A DNA stretch of 64,000 nt from Coriobacteriia bacterium (GTDB lineage: Bacteria; Actinomycetota; Coriobacteriia; Anaerosomatales; JAAXUF01): the NCBI GenBank assembly GCA_038249135.1, contig JBBRWO010000001.1, positions 24,876-88,875 on the forward strand, written 5' to 3'. This document shows, piece after piece, positions 10,042 through 20,602 of the stretch (its first letter is position 1; the number at the start of each line of letters is the position of its first letter). The notes beneath the pieces were generated by a model that had not been told where the DNA came from, ran no database searches, and worked only from the letters and a program-made list of their open reading frames with translations. The position numbers and the translations under genes were made by a program.

Positions 10042-11295
10042 ATGTTCTATCGAAAGACCGTACTCGACAACGGTATCACCGTCATATCCGAGCCCGTGGA
10101 GTCTGTGCGTTCTGTGACTCTCGGCATCTGGTTCGCCGTCGGCAGCAGAGATGAATCGCCGGCAGAGGCCGGGATGTCCCACTTCATGGAGCACATGATG
10201 TTCAAGGGAACGCCCTCGCGAACCGCCAAAGACATCTCCGAGGAGTTCGACCGCATGGGCGCGGAGTTCAACGCCGGCACCTCCAAGGAGTACACGGTCT
10301 ACTACGCACGGTTCCTGGACCAGCATCTACCTACCGCCTTTGAGCTCTTGGGCGACATGGTGGTGAACGCCACGCTCGATGAGGAGGACTGCCTCAAGGA
10401 GCGCGAGGTTGTCATAGAAGAGATCGCGCGCATGGAGGACAACCCTGAGGATCAGGTCGGAGAGATATTCGAGAGCGCCCTGTGGCCGAGCCACCCAATC
10501 GGACTGCCGGTCATTGGATCACGCGAGACGGTGTCCACGTTCGATCACGATGCCGCCGTGCAGTTCAGGGCTAAGCACTTCCTGACCGGCAATGTCGTTG
10601 TGGCGGCGGCTGGCAACGTCGATCATGAAGCTGTCATCGCTCTGGCGGAGCGCTTCCTCTCCGACCTTCCTGTTGGGCCCCGTACGCCCCGTGTACACGC
10701 CGCGGCAGTCGAGCAGCATCCTTTGGCGGTCATCGAGAAGGATACCGAGCAGGCTCACATTCTGTTCGGGATGGTCACGATGGACTCCCGTGACGAGGAT
10801 CGTTTCGCTCTACAGATGCTCAACGACGTCGTCGGCGGAGGAATGTCCTCACGGCTGTTTCAGCAGATTCGGGAGCAGCGTGGCCTTGCCTACGCCGTGC
10901 AGAGTTTTCCGGTTCTCTATCAGGACACGGGTCAGTACACGGTCTATGTGGGAACGCGTCCTGACAATGCCAAGACCGTGATCGGCCTGATTCGTGACGA
11001 GTTCGCGAAGGTTGCGTCCGAAGGCATCAGTTTAGAGGAGCTCGCGCGTGCGCAAGAGTCGGCCGCCGGTCATTTGGTGTTGTCCACTGAGGCAACCCGC
11101 ACTCGCATGATGCGGCTCGGACGTGCTGAGGTATGCGGTAACGTCGTGCTCTCGATTGAAGACGTTATCAGTCGTATTAACGCGGTCACCCTTGACGATA
11201 TCCGCCGGGTCGCAGAGAAGCTGCTCGTCGCCAAGACCACGCTCGCGGTGATAGGTCCCTTTACCGATGCGGAGATCGCGGAACTGACCCACTAA
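10042..11295 (+). CDS. M16 family zinc peptidase
   Basis: Inverted HxxEH (HFMEH), GGGMSSRLFQQIREQRGLAY; AAGGGAG RBS before ATG 10042. Confidence 0.93.
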   Translation: MFYRKTVLDNGITVISEPVESVRSVTLGIWFAVGSRDESPAEAGMSHFMEHMMFKGTPSRTAKDISEEFDRMGAEFNAGTSKEYTVYYARFLDQHLPTAFELLGDMVVNATLDEEDCLKEREVVIEEIARMEDNPEDQVGEIFESALWPSHPIGLPVIGSRETVSTFDHDAAVQFRAKHFLTGNVVVAAAGNVDHEAVIALAERFLSDLPVGPRTPRVHAAAVEQHPLAVIEKDTEQAHILFGMVTMDSRDEDRFALQMLNDVVGGGMSSRLFQQIREQRGLAYAVQSFPVLYQDTGQYTVYVGTRPDNAKTVIGLIRDEFAKVASEGISLEELARAQESAAGHLVLSTEATRTRMMRLGRAEVCGNVVLSIEDVISRINAVTLDDIRRVAEKLLVAKTTLAVIGPFTDAEIAELTH

Positions 11296-11339
11296 AGGTC
11301 GATGCTGCGACCGGTAGCCCATTCACGAGGAGTAACGAA

Positions 11340-12131
11340 ATGGTTCGAGTACTGGTGTCAGGTGCAGGCGGCAAGATGGGCGGCGAGGTCGTCCGGGCTG
11401 TGGCCGCAGCTGAAGGCATGGAAGTTGTGGGCGCGGTTGACCCTGGTGTTTCCGGTTGTCTCATTCCCACGCGGAGCGGCGAGCACGTTGAGTGTCGAGC
11501 GAATCTCGCCGACGCGATAGCGGCGTCTAAGCCTGACGTAGTGGTCGACTTCACTCATCCGACCGTGGTCGAGGCCAACCTACGCACAATCATGGCGTCG
11601 GGCGTCGACTGTGTTTTGGGCACCACGGGCCTCTCGGAGGAGACGCTCTCGGAGCTCGCCGCACTGGCACCCGCGGGAACGGCCCTGTTCTTCGCTCCGA
11701 ACTTCGCCATCGGCGCCGTCCTCATGATGCAGTTCGCCGAGAAGGCCGCACGCTTCATGCCTCACGTTGAGGTCACTGAATTCCATCACGACAAGAAGGC
11801 TGACGCACCGTCCGGTACGGCTATTCGCACCGCGCGTATGATCGCTGCGGCGCGTCAGGAAGTCCCTGATGCCCCCGGTCGCGAGACCGAACTTCCGGGC
11901 ATGGAGGGTGCACGCGGCGCGCTCGTGGATGGCGTGAGAGTGCACTCGGTACGCCTGCCCGGCCTGGTCGCACACCAAGAGGTGCTCTTTGGCGGTCAAG
12001 GTCAGACCCTCACGATACGCCACGACTCGATCGACCGAACCAGCTTCATGCCAGGTGTCGTACTTGCCATCCGCGAGGTCGGAGCGCGCTCGGGTCTTGT
12101 GGTCGGACTTGAACGACTGATGGGGGAGTAG
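11340..12131 (+). CDS. dapB: 4-hydroxy-tetrahydrodipicolinate reductase
   Basis: GAGGKMG, GTTG, EFHHDKKADAPSGTA. Confidence 0.97.
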   Translation: MVRVLVSGAGGKMGGEVVRAVAAAEGMEVVGAVDPGVSGCLIPTRSGEHVECRANLADAIAASKPDVVVDFTHPTVVEANLRTIMASGVDCVLGTTGLSEETLSELAALAPAGTALFFAPNFAIGAVLMMQFAEKAARFMPHVEVTEFHHDKKADAPSGTAIRTARMIAAARQEVPDAPGRETELPGMEGARGALVDGVRVHSVRLPGLVAHQEVLFGGQGQTLTIRHDSIDRTSFMPGVVLAIREVGARSGLVVGLERLMGE

Positions 12132-12132
12132 T

Positions 12133-13371
12133 GTGACTGGCACTGGTTCGACACGTCCGATCGTCGTCATGAAGTTCGGGGGAACGTCGGTCGCAGACTG
12201 CGCTGGCCGCGGCGCACTCGCGTGCAGAGTTTCTGCCGCGCTCGAGCTCGACAGGGCTCCGGTGGTGGTTGTCTCAGCGATGGGCCGTTCGGGAGCCCCC
12301 TACGCGACCGACACGCTGCTTGAACTCGTCGCGGACCTGCCGGCGGATGCGCGCGAGCGTGATTTGCTCGCAAGCGTCGGAGAGTTGGTCTCGGCGGTTG
12401 TCGTAGCGCATGAACTGCGCGCCGCCGGCATCGAGGCGAGCGCATTCAGCGGCGTCGAGGCGGGGATATCAACGGACGGAATCGCCGGAAGCGCGTCGAT
12501 CACATCGGTCGACGTGTCGAGGCTTCGCAGTGCGATCGCTTCAGGAATCGTTCCCGTGGTCGCCGGATTCCAGGGTCTCTCGGCCGATGGGTCGCTCACG
12601 ACGCTCGGCCGAGGGGGGAGTGACACCACCGCATGCGCGCTCGGTGTCGCATTGGGCGCCGAGGAGGTCGAGATCTACACGGATGTGGATGGTGTCATGA
12701 GCGCGGACCCGCGTGTGTGTGACGGGTCGGGCGTCCTTGAGGTCATCGGCGCCGACGAGCTCTTCCAGATGGCACTGACCGGCAGCAGGGTCGTGCACAC
12801 GCCAGCTGCCGAACTTGCGCTCAATAGCGGGATTCCCGTGCGGGTTCGAAACACATTCAGCCAGCATGAAGGCACCCTCGTTGCGGACGTGGCTGATATT
12901 GCAGGATATCGCCCGGATCGTGTGGCAACGGCGGTCAGCCACGCTCCGGGTGTGGTCCAGTTCCGAGTCACATTGCCGGCACCCGAAGGGACGCCGGAAC
13001 ACATGCGATCGCAAACTCGCGTGTATCGAGCGATGGCAGACGCAGGTGTCTCACTCGATATGTTCACGCCGGTGGGCGACCGAATGGTTTTCACGGTCGC
13101 TGAGAGCGCGAGCGCAGACGCGTGCGACGTTCTTCTGGAGCTGGGGCTTGAACACGAGACGTTGCCCGGTCTGTCGAAGGTCACCTTGGTTGGCGCAGGC
13201 ATGCATGGGGTTCCCGGTGTGATGGCCCGTCTTGCGGAGTACCTTGCGGCCGCAGATGTCGACATCCATCAGTCCTCTGACTCACACACAACCATTTCGG
13301 TTTTGATTCCAGCAAAGGACACGGTCGCTGCCATTCGTGCTCTGCATGACGGCTTCGAGTTGGGAGACTGA
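12133..13371 (+). CDS. Aspartate kinase (DapG/LysC type)
   Basis: VMKFGGTSV, VVSAMG, TLGRGGSDTTA, IYTDVDGVMSADPR, C-terminal ACT domains. Confidence 0.93.
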   Translation: MTGTGSTRPIVVMKFGGTSVADCAGRGALACRVSAALELDRAPVVVVSAMGRSGAPYATDTLLELVADLPADARERDLLASVGELVSAVVVAHELRAAGIEASAFSGVEAGISTDGIAGSASITSVDVSRLRSAIASGIVPVVAGFQGLSADGSLTTLGRGGSDTTACALGVALGAEEVEIYTDVDGVMSADPRVCDGSGVLEVIGADELFQMALTGSRVVHTPAAELALNSGIPVRVRNTFSQHEGTLVADVADIAGYRPDRVATAVSHAPGVVQFRVTLPAPEGTPEHMRSQTRVYRAMADAGVSLDMFTPVGDRMVFTVAESASADACDVLLELGLEHETLPGLSKVTLVGAGMHGVPGVMARLAEYLAAADVDIHQSSDSHTTISVLIPAKDTVAAIRALHDGFELGD

Positions 13372-13375
13372 TCAT

Positions 13376-13906
13376 ATGCGCCGCGTTGCACTCATCCTGA
13401 CCGCATCACTCGACGGCTTCATTGCCGAGCCGGACGGCGGGATCGACTGGCTGGTGGAGCCACCCGACGAGGCGCCGGCCGACTATCTCGATCTGCTCGA
13501 CTCCATCGACTGCCTGATCATGGGCAGCGCCACGTACCTGGTCTCGCTCGAACTCGAGGGCGGCACTCAGGTGTTTGAGGGCAATGACGCCTACGTGTTC
13601 ACCTCCAGAAACGACTTGCCGCCGCGCGAAGGGGTGACCTTCGTCTCCGGACGCGCCGAGAAGTTCGTGTCGGACCTGAAGAGGCGCGACGGCGGCACAA
13701 TCTGGCTGTTCGGGGGCGGACAACTCGCCACATCATTGTCTGACGCAGGTCTGGTCGATGACTATCTGGTCGTCGTTCAGCCGATTCTCCTCGGTGACGG
13801 TATCCCGCTTTGGGTGAGCCCCCATGGATCCACCAACCTCGAGTTGGTGAACGCTCGCGCATGGAATGGCGGTATCGCAGAGCTTCGGTATCGACGACGG
13901 AGCTGA
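13376..13906 (+). CDS. Dihydrofolate reductase / RibD C-terminal family protein
   Basis: ASLDGFIA, IMGSATY, IWLFGGGQLA, LVDDY...PILLGDGIPL. Confidence 0.88.
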   Translation: MRRVALILTASLDGFIAEPDGGIDWLVEPPDEAPADYLDLLDSIDCLIMGSATYLVSLELEGGTQVFEGNDAYVFTSRNDLPPREGVTFVSGRAEKFVSDLKRRDGGTIWLFGGGQLATSLSDAGLVDDYLVVVQPILLGDGIPLWVSPHGSTNLELVNARAWNGGIAELRYRRRS

Positions 13907-14038
13907 CACCATACTGCGCAACGTGTGGGTTACGCTCGCGCGCCGCGCAGGCGCGCGTCAGAGTGGTGTGGCACAATACAGCAGGTAGCACTATTCGCCG
14001 CGCCCATCAGGGTTGCGGGTATTCGAGGGGAAACTCAC

Positions 14039-14932
14039 ATGAGCACGCCGCGCTTTGGCCGCATGATAACCGCTATGGTCACTCCGTTCACGCCTGAGCT
14101 GGAGCTCGATCTGCCACGCGCCCAAGAACTCGCTGTCAAACTCCTGGACGAAGGTAGCGACGCCCTCGTGGTGTGTGGAACCACTGGCGAGTCTCCCACC
14201 GTCTTCTACCCCCAGAAGCTGGATCTGTTCCGAGCGGTGATCGAGGCCGTGGATGGACGAGCGCCTATCATCGCCAACGCGGGAGACAACTGCACTGCCG
14301 ATTCCGTGGACTTTGCACAAGAGGTCGCGGCTCTTGGCGTCGACGCGATCATGGCGGTTGTTCCGTACTACAACAAACCACCGCAAGAGGGACTCTATCA
14401 GCACTTTTGTACCATTGCGCGGTCCGTTGATCGACCTGTCATCCTCTACAACATTCCCGGTAGAAGCGTCGTCAATATGACCGCCGAGACAACCTTGCGC
14501 CTGGCAAACGACGTGGAGAATATCGTCGCCGTCAAAGAGGCCAGCGGCGACCTAGGTCAGATTGCCGAGATATGCCACGGTGCTCCGGATGGGTTCGAGG
14601 TGCTGTCGGGCAATGACGAGGACACGCTGCCGATGATGGGCCTAGGCGCAACGGGAGTCATCTCGGTTGTGAGCCACGTTGCGGGACTCAGATTCAAGGA
14701 GATGGTTGTGGCACAGGCTGCGGGCGACCACACTCGCGCGCTTCGTATTCATCTCGAGCTGATGCCGCTCATGAAGACACTGTTTATGACGAGCAATCCG
14801 ATCTTGGTCAAGAAGGCACTTGAGCTCCAAGGATTCCCCGTGGGAGGTCTTCGTCTGCCACTGATCGAGGCAACTCCTGCCCAGACCGAGGAGCTGACGC
14901 GCGTCATGCGTGGCGTCGGGGTACTCGCATAG
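14039..14932 (+). CDS. dapA: 4-hydroxy-tetrahydrodipicolinate synthase
   Basis: TAMVTPF, GTTGES, PYYNKP, LYNIPGR, VKEASG. Confidence 0.97.
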   Translation: MSTPRFGRMITAMVTPFTPELELDLPRAQELAVKLLDEGSDALVVCGTTGESPTVFYPQKLDLFRAVIEAVDGRAPIIANAGDNCTADSVDFAQEVAALGVDAIMAVVPYYNKPPQEGLYQHFCTIARSVDRPVILYNIPGRSVVNMTAETTLRLANDVENIVAVKEASGDLGQIAEICHGAPDGFEVLSGNDEDTLPMMGLGATGVISVVSHVAGLRFKEMVVAQAAGDHTRALRIHLELMPLMKTLFMTSNPILVKKALELQGFPVGGLRLPLIEATPAQTEELTRVMRGVGVLA

Positions 14933-15048
14933 CAATTTGTATGGACGCGGAGCTCCGATGAGCTTCGCTTGTGACAACAATCGTGCGGAGACCTTCACGG
15001 TCGATCGCAAACGGGGCGCATGCCTCGAAAGGAGACGTACCCAACCAT

Positions 15049-16722
15049 ATGACACAGTCCAAGAAGACCGAACGACTGCGCGTCATACCGCTTGGCGGCC
15101 TTGACGGTATTGGCAAGAACATGACGGTCATCGAATACGGCAACGACATGATCATGGTCGATGCCGGAATCATGTTCCCGGACGACGACCATCCCGGCGT
15201 CGACCTGATTCTCCCCGACTACAGCTATGTGGTGAAGCGCAAGGATCGATTGCGAGCCATCATCATTACCCACGGCCATGAAGACCACACCGGCGCGCTT
15301 CCATATCTCTTGAAGGATCTGGGGATTCCGGTGCCGATTCTTGGCACAAAGCTGACCCTGGGTCTGATCAAGGGAAAGCTCGAAGAGCACAAGATCAAGA
15401 AGCCGAAGCTGCGTGAGATCAAGGGTTCCAGTCACGTATCCATGGGAGTCTTCGGACTGGACTTCTTCGCGGTGAACCACTCGATACCCGACGGAGTCGG
15501 TGTATTCATTCGCACCCCCGTGGGTAACGTCATGCACACCGGCGACTTCAAGTTGGATCAGACGCCTATCGATGGTCGTCTGACTGACTATGGCGCCATT
15601 TCCAAGTTCGGCAAGGCGGGGGTGACCCTGCTCTTGTCAGACTCGACTGGAGCAGAAAGTCCTGGTATCACTCGGTCCGAGGCCTCCGTCGGGCCCGCGC
15701 TGCACGACATCATCAGGCACGCGAAGCAGCGCGTCATCGTCGCATCGTTCGCTTCGCATATCCATCGCCTGCAGCAGGTGTGTGATGCGGCCGTCGCGGC
15801 GGATCGCAAGATAGTCGTCACCGGTCGCTCGATGGTGCAGAACACGAAGATCGCACGCGAGCTTGGCTATCTGAAGATTGACGACGAGAACATCGTCGAC
15901 GCTTTCGACTCTCACGGGCTTCCGCCTGAGAAGGTGGTGGTTCTCAGCACGGGTAGCCAGGGCGAGCCGCTGTCGGCTCTTGCTCGCATGGCGAATGGAG
16001 ATCACCGGACCGTTCAGGTGGAGAAGGGCGATACGGTCATCATCGCGGCCACTCCGGTACCCGGCAACGAGAAGGCCGTCAGCCGTGTCATCAACCGCCT
16101 TACCAGGGCCGGCGCCAAGGTTGTACACAAAGGCACGGCGGACGTTCACGTTTCGGGCCACGCGTCCAGCGAAGAGCTCAAGTTGATGCTCAACCTTGCT
16201 CAGCCCGAGTTCTTCATGCCCGTGCACGGCGAGACTCGCCATCTTGCTGCCCATGCTCGTCTCGCTGAAGCGGTTGGAATCCCTGAAGATGCGATCTTCA
16301 TCATGGATAACGGCGACTGTCTCGAGATCGACGAAGTCGAGGCAAGGCTTGGCGAGCGGGTTGAGAGTGGCGTCGTCTACGTGGATGGTCTCAGCGTGGG
16401 TGACCTTGGCCAAGTTGTTCTCCGTGACCGGCAGCACATGAGCCAGGACGGCATCGCGACGATTGTCATCGCAATTGACGCGCAGACCGGCAAGCAGGCC
16501 GGCGAAGTTGAGATTGTCACGCGAGGCATTGTATTCGCGGATTCCGATAAGGTGATGGAGGAAGCGCGAGCGCGTGTGACCAAGGCGCTGGCCAAGACGG
16601 GCTCAGAGGGCGTCACAGACTTCTCGGTTGTTCAGAAACGCGTCCGAGAAGTGCTGTCGCAATTCTTCTGGGAGCGCACAAAGCGCCGTCCGATGATCAT
16701 TCCAGTCGTCATGGAGGTCTAG
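15049..16722 (+). CDS. rnj: Ribonuclease J
   Basis: PLGGLDGIGKNM, THGHEDHTG, HTGDFK, GSQGEP, HVSGHA. Confidence 0.97.
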   Translation: MTQSKKTERLRVIPLGGLDGIGKNMTVIEYGNDMIMVDAGIMFPDDDHPGVDLILPDYSYVVKRKDRLRAIIITHGHEDHTGALPYLLKDLGIPVPILGTKLTLGLIKGKLEEHKIKKPKLREIKGSSHVSMGVFGLDFFAVNHSIPDGVGVFIRTPVGNVMHTGDFKLDQTPIDGRLTDYGAISKFGKAGVTLLLSDSTGAESPGITRSEASVGPALHDIIRHAKQRVIVASFASHIHRLQQVCDAAVAADRKIVVTGRSMVQNTKIARELGYLKIDDENIVDAFDSHGLPPEKVVVLSTGSQGEPLSALARMANGDHRTVQVEKGDTVIIAATPVPGNEKAVSRVINRLTRAGAKVVHKGTADVHVSGHASSEELKLMLNLAQPEFFMPVHGETRHLAAHARLAEAVGIPEDAIFIMDNGDCLEIDEVEARLGERVESGVVYVDGLSVGDLGQVVLRDRQHMSQDGIATIVIAIDAQTGKQAGEVEIVTRGIVFADSDKVMEEARARVTKALAKTGSEGVTDFSVVQKRVREVLSQFFWERTKRRPMIIPVVMEV

Positions 16723-16725
16723 CGA

Positions 16726-17544
16726 GTGACTGCATTCCAGGCGATCATTCTAGGCGTCGTCCAGGGGCTGACGGAGTTCTTGCCGATCTCCTCCGATGGA
16801 CATCTTGCAATCACCTACAAACTGCTGGGCGAGTCCCCGAATCTGTCGTTTGAGGTATTCCTGCACGGTGCGACACTTCTGGCGATGTACTGGTACTTCA
16901 GGCACGACGTCATCGAGCTGCTGGCATCGCTGCTGCCCAAGAACGCAGAGCAGAAGAGTGAGCGTCGGCTCGTGCTTTACCTAGTTCTCGCCACCGCGGT
17001 GAGTGCGGTGATCGCACTAGCGCTTGGTCCCTATCTCGAGGCCTTCTCGTCGAACATGGTCATCGTGGCCGTCGGCTTCTATGTCACCACGGTCCTGCTG
17101 GTGATTGCCGAGGCTCTCACACACGGGGAGGCGAGGATCGAATCCCCTGATCGGCTGAAGCCTCTCTCGGTTGCCGTCATCGCCGTGTTCCAGGGCATCG
17201 CCGCCTTGCCCGGGGTGTCGCGCTCCGGGTCTACGATCGCAGGATCAATGCTGTTCGGTCTCAAGAGGGATCAGGCCGCCCGGTTCTCGTTCCTACTTGG
17301 CATTCCGATCATCACGCTCGCTGCCCTCAAAGATGGCCTCGATGTCATTCGAGGGGCCAGTCATCTCCCGGGTTCCATTCCGGTCCTGGCGCTGGGATTC
17401 ATCGCAGCAGGGCTGTGTGGCTACTTCGCGATCTGGGGACTCCTCCGATTCGTTAAGAGCCATCCGCTGTACTGGTTCGCCGCGTACACCGGGATACTCG
17501 GCACGGTTATCCTCCTACTCAACATGACAGGCGGTAGGGGGTAG
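16726..17544 (+). CDS. uppP: Undecaprenyl-diphosphate phosphatase
   Basis: GVVQGLTEFLPISSDGH, PGVSRSGSTI. Confidence 0.96.
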   Translation: MTAFQAIILGVVQGLTEFLPISSDGHLAITYKLLGESPNLSFEVFLHGATLLAMYWYFRHDVIELLASLLPKNAEQKSERRLVLYLVLATAVSAVIALALGPYLEAFSSNMVIVAVGFYVTTVLLVIAEALTHGEARIESPDRLKPLSVAVIAVFQGIAALPGVSRSGSTIAGSMLFGLKRDQAARFSFLLGIPIITLAALKDGLDVIRGASHLPGSIPVLALGFIAAGLCGYFAIWGLLRFVKSHPLYWFAAYTGILGTVILLLNMTGGRG

Positions 17545-17546
17545 TC

Positions 17547-19802
17547 GTGGCGACCGCTAAAGGTAAAGGCGCCCCAAAGGGCTCAAGCGCGCCTCGCAAG
17601 ACAGGTGGCTCGAGTGCTGGTCGTGCCAACTCGAAGTCCGCAAAGCCCTCGCTCCTGGACGATCGCTCGCGCCGCGACATTATCGGCGTGACGTTGTGCG
17701 TCCTCGCCATCGGGTTGCTCATCGCGGTTATGAGTCAGTCCTCAGGGATGGCCGCCGAGGCCGGAGCGGGCGCATTGAAGTTGCTGTTCGGTGTCGGCGC
17801 CTATGTCATCCCGGTATTCCTGCTGTTGTGGGGCGTGAGCTTCTTCGTGCGAAGTGAGGTGCGTGAGGGCCGTACCGGACTCGGTCTGGGTTTGATCGTT
17901 CTGGCCGTGATTTCCATGGCCGCGCTGGCGACTCCCGGTGGTGACTTCTTCAACAAGGCGTTGCTCGTTACGCATGGCGGATACACGGGCAGCTCCGTCG
18001 CATGGGCGCTCAACCGCATGTTGGGATCCACGATTGGATACGTGTTGCTTGTAGGTATAGGGGTGGTCGGTCTGGTCGTTATCGGCCTTTCGATCTCCGC
18101 GCTGGTTGAATGGGTTGCGGATGCGACCCACCGTGACCCTGCTGATCAACCCACGACAAGGCCCAGCCGCGAGCGCGCACCTAAGACGATGCCGCTTTCG
18201 CCCGTTGCCGAAGTGAACGCGGGCGGTGCTGAGACGACCGCGTTGTCCGCACGCCGCGGCCGTGGAGACGGTCCTGATCCTGAAGCCGCTCGCAAGACCG
18301 TGCCGACACCGCGGTCCGTCTCGCCTCGGGCCATGGAAGGGTTTGTCCTCCCGCCCCTGACGCTTCTGGGCCGAACTGCTGAGTCAGCGGCAAAACACAG
18401 GACCTCCGATACCGAGCTCAAAAACACGGCCGCCGCAATCGCCGAGACCCTGGCCACGTTCGACATCCCGGCGCGCGTCGTCTCGTGGGTTGCAGGGCCG
18501 ACGGTCACGCTGTTTGAGGTGGAGATAGCCAAGGGCGTGCGGCTGTCAAAAGTGACTACCCTCGCCGACGACATCGCCCTGTCGCTTGCATCTTCGGTCG
18601 TGCGCATCCTTGCGCCGATTCCGGGCAAGGCGCTCATCGGCATCGAGGTTCCCAACATCCGTCGGACGTCCGTCACACTTGGCGACGTGATTTCACCCGC
18701 GGGTGACGGTGGCCCGCTTCTGCTCGCCATAGGCAAGGACGTTTCCGGCGCTCCCGTTCTTGCGGATCTGGCATCCATGCCTCACTTGCTGATCGGCGGA
18801 ACGACCGGCTCGGGCAAATCGGTGGCCATCAACGCGATGTTGATGTCGATTCTGATGAGAGCCACACCCGCCGAAGTGCGACTCATACTCATCGACCCCA
18901 AGCGAGTGGAGCTGTCACTCTACAACGGTCTGCCGCACCTCTACGTTCCCGTTGTGACCGAGCCCAAGCAGGCGGCAAGCGCTCTCGCGTGGTCGGTCTC
19001 GGAGATGGAACGGCGTCTCAAAGTGCTGCAGGTGGCCGGTGCCCGCAACATCGGTGCCTACAACGCCATGGTGCAGGACGGCAAAGGACCGGAAGGCGCC
19101 GCAGAACTACCGTACCTCGTTATCGTCATCGATGAGCTGGCCGACCTGATGATGGTTGCAGCCAAAGAGGTCGAGGATTCGATCGTCCGCATCGCCCAGC
19201 TCGCTCGTGCTGCAGGCATTCATTTGGTCGTCGCTACCCAGCGGCCCGAGGCAAACGTCGTCACGGGCATCATCAAGGCCAACATCACCAACCGAATCGC
19301 GTTTAACGTCGCAAGCGCAATCGACAGCCGTGTCATCTTGGATCAGCCCGGTGCCGAGAAGCTTGTCGGACTCGGTGACATGCTGTTCTCGATTCCGTCG
19401 TGGCCCAAGCCCAAGCGCATTCAGGGATGCTATGTGGCCGAGAACGAGATCGAGGCGGTCGTAGGGCATCTTAAGCAACAAGCGGAGCCGGACTACCATG
19501 AGGAGATTTTGCACCTCAGAGTCTCCGCCGTTGGAGGTGGCGTAGACTCAGGTGATGACGATGATCCTCTCCTGTGGGAAGCCGCTGATATCACGGTGAC
19601 CAGTGGGCTGGGATCAACGTCGATGCTGCAACGTCGCCTCAAGGTCGGGTATGCGCGGGCCGGACGCATCATGGATATGCTCGAGATGAAGGGCGTCGTC
19701 GGTCCGCCCGATGGAAGCAAGCCCCGAGAAGTGCTCATGGACGTCGAGGACCTCTCGGCACTGCGTGCCTTTGAACGCGAAGAGCAGGAAGAGGGAGGCT
19801 AG
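17547..19802 (+). CDS. ftsK: DNA translocase FtsK/SpoIIIE
   Basis: N-terminal TM segments, PHLLIGGTTGSGKS, IDELADLMM, ATQRP, gamma domain LQRRLKVGYARAGR. Confidence 0.97.
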   Translation: MATAKGKGAPKGSSAPRKTGGSSAGRANSKSAKPSLLDDRSRRDIIGVTLCVLAIGLLIAVMSQSSGMAAEAGAGALKLLFGVGAYVIPVFLLLWGVSFFVRSEVREGRTGLGLGLIVLAVISMAALATPGGDFFNKALLVTHGGYTGSSVAWALNRMLGSTIGYVLLVGIGVVGLVVIGLSISALVEWVADATHRDPADQPTTRPSRERAPKTMPLSPVAEVNAGGAETTALSARRGRGDGPDPEAARKTVPTPRSVSPRAMEGFVLPPLTLLGRTAESAAKHRTSDTELKNTAAAIAETLATFDIPARVVSWVAGPTVTLFEVEIAKGVRLSKVTTLADDIALSLASSVVRILAPIPGKALIGIEVPNIRRTSVTLGDVISPAGDGGPLLLAIGKDVSGAPVLADLASMPHLLIGGTTGSGKSVAINAMLMSILMRATPAEVRLILIDPKRVELSLYNGLPHLYVPVVTEPKQAASALAWSVSEMERRLKVLQVAGARNIGAYNAMVQDGKGPEGAAELPYLVIVIDELADLMMVAAKEVEDSIVRIAQLARAAGIHLVVATQRPEANVVTGIIKANITNRIAFNVASAIDSRVILDQPGAEKLVGLGDMLFSIPSWPKPKRIQGCYVAENEIEAVVGHLKQQAEPDYHEEILHLRVSAVGGGVDSGDDDDPLLWEAADITVTSGLGSTSMLQRRLKVGYARAGRIMDMLEMKGVVGPPDGSKPREVLMDVEDLSALRAFEREEQEEGG

Positions 19803-19804
19803 CA

Positions 19805-20569
19805 GTGGGACAGCTTGGAGACACACTCAGAGAACGCCGCATGGCTCTTGGAATGAGCTTGTTGCAGGCCGAGGAAGCCACGAAGATCCGCGCCAAGTTG
19901 CTCGAGTTGCTTGAGAACGGCGAGTACGTTCGCCTTCCCAATCCCGGATATGTTCGTGGCTACGTCACGAGCTACGCGTCGTTCCTGGAACTTGATTCCG
20001 CGTCCTTGCTGGCCATGTATCGTGCCGAGACGGGTGCGGGCGGTCGCTCTCGGGATATTGCCCCTGCGGCGGAGGCGGTCAAGCCGCGTGGACAACAGCA
20101 CGCCGTTCCACTCAAAGCTGCCCTGATTCTGGTGGTGATTCTGGCAGTAGTGGCGCTTGGCGTATGGCTTGTGGTGCGTGCGGTACAAGGTCCCGAGACT
20201 CCGACTCCGATTCCGACCGCCGGTTCACCGGTTGCGACATCCTCTGCACCTGCGAGCGACGCGGGAACCACTGCGCGGCCGGATAACACCGCAACTGCGC
20301 CTCCGGTTCTGGAGAACAAGCCGTTTGCCCTCAGGGTCGCGGTTGCACCTGATGGGGCCTCCTGGATTCGTGTCACGGTTGACGGGTTGAATGCCTACGA
20401 GGGTTCACTCACCAGTGGGCAGTCCAAGGAGTTCCAGGTAACGAAGTCTGCGGTAGTCAAGATAGGAAAGCCGTCGTTCGTTACCGTGTACCGCGATGGC
20501 AATAGGGTCCCGATTCCCCCTGGCGGGGGAACACCCACGGTGACACTTAAGGCCGAGCCCACGCAGTAG
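19805..20569 (+). CDS. rodZ: RodZ-like HTH / TM / DUF4115 protein
   Basis: N-terminal HTH (LRERR...YVRGYVTSYA), one TM segment, beta-rich C-terminus; ftsK-rodZ-rimO-pgsA-cinA synteny. Confidence 0.82.
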   Translation: MGQLGDTLRERRMALGMSLLQAEEATKIRAKLLELLENGEYVRLPNPGYVRGYVTSYASFLELDSASLLAMYRAETGAGGRSRDIAPAAEAVKPRGQQHAVPLKAALILVVILAVVALGVWLVVRAVQGPETPTPIPTAGSPVATSSAPASDAGTTARPDNTATAPPVLENKPFALRVAVAPDGASWIRVTVDGLNAYEGSLTSGQSKEFQVTKSAVVKIGKPSFVTVYRDGNRVPIPPGGGTPTVTLKAEPTQ

Positions 20570-20602
20570 ACGCGTGCGCTTCCGAGTTGAGGAGGATTGA
20601 CA

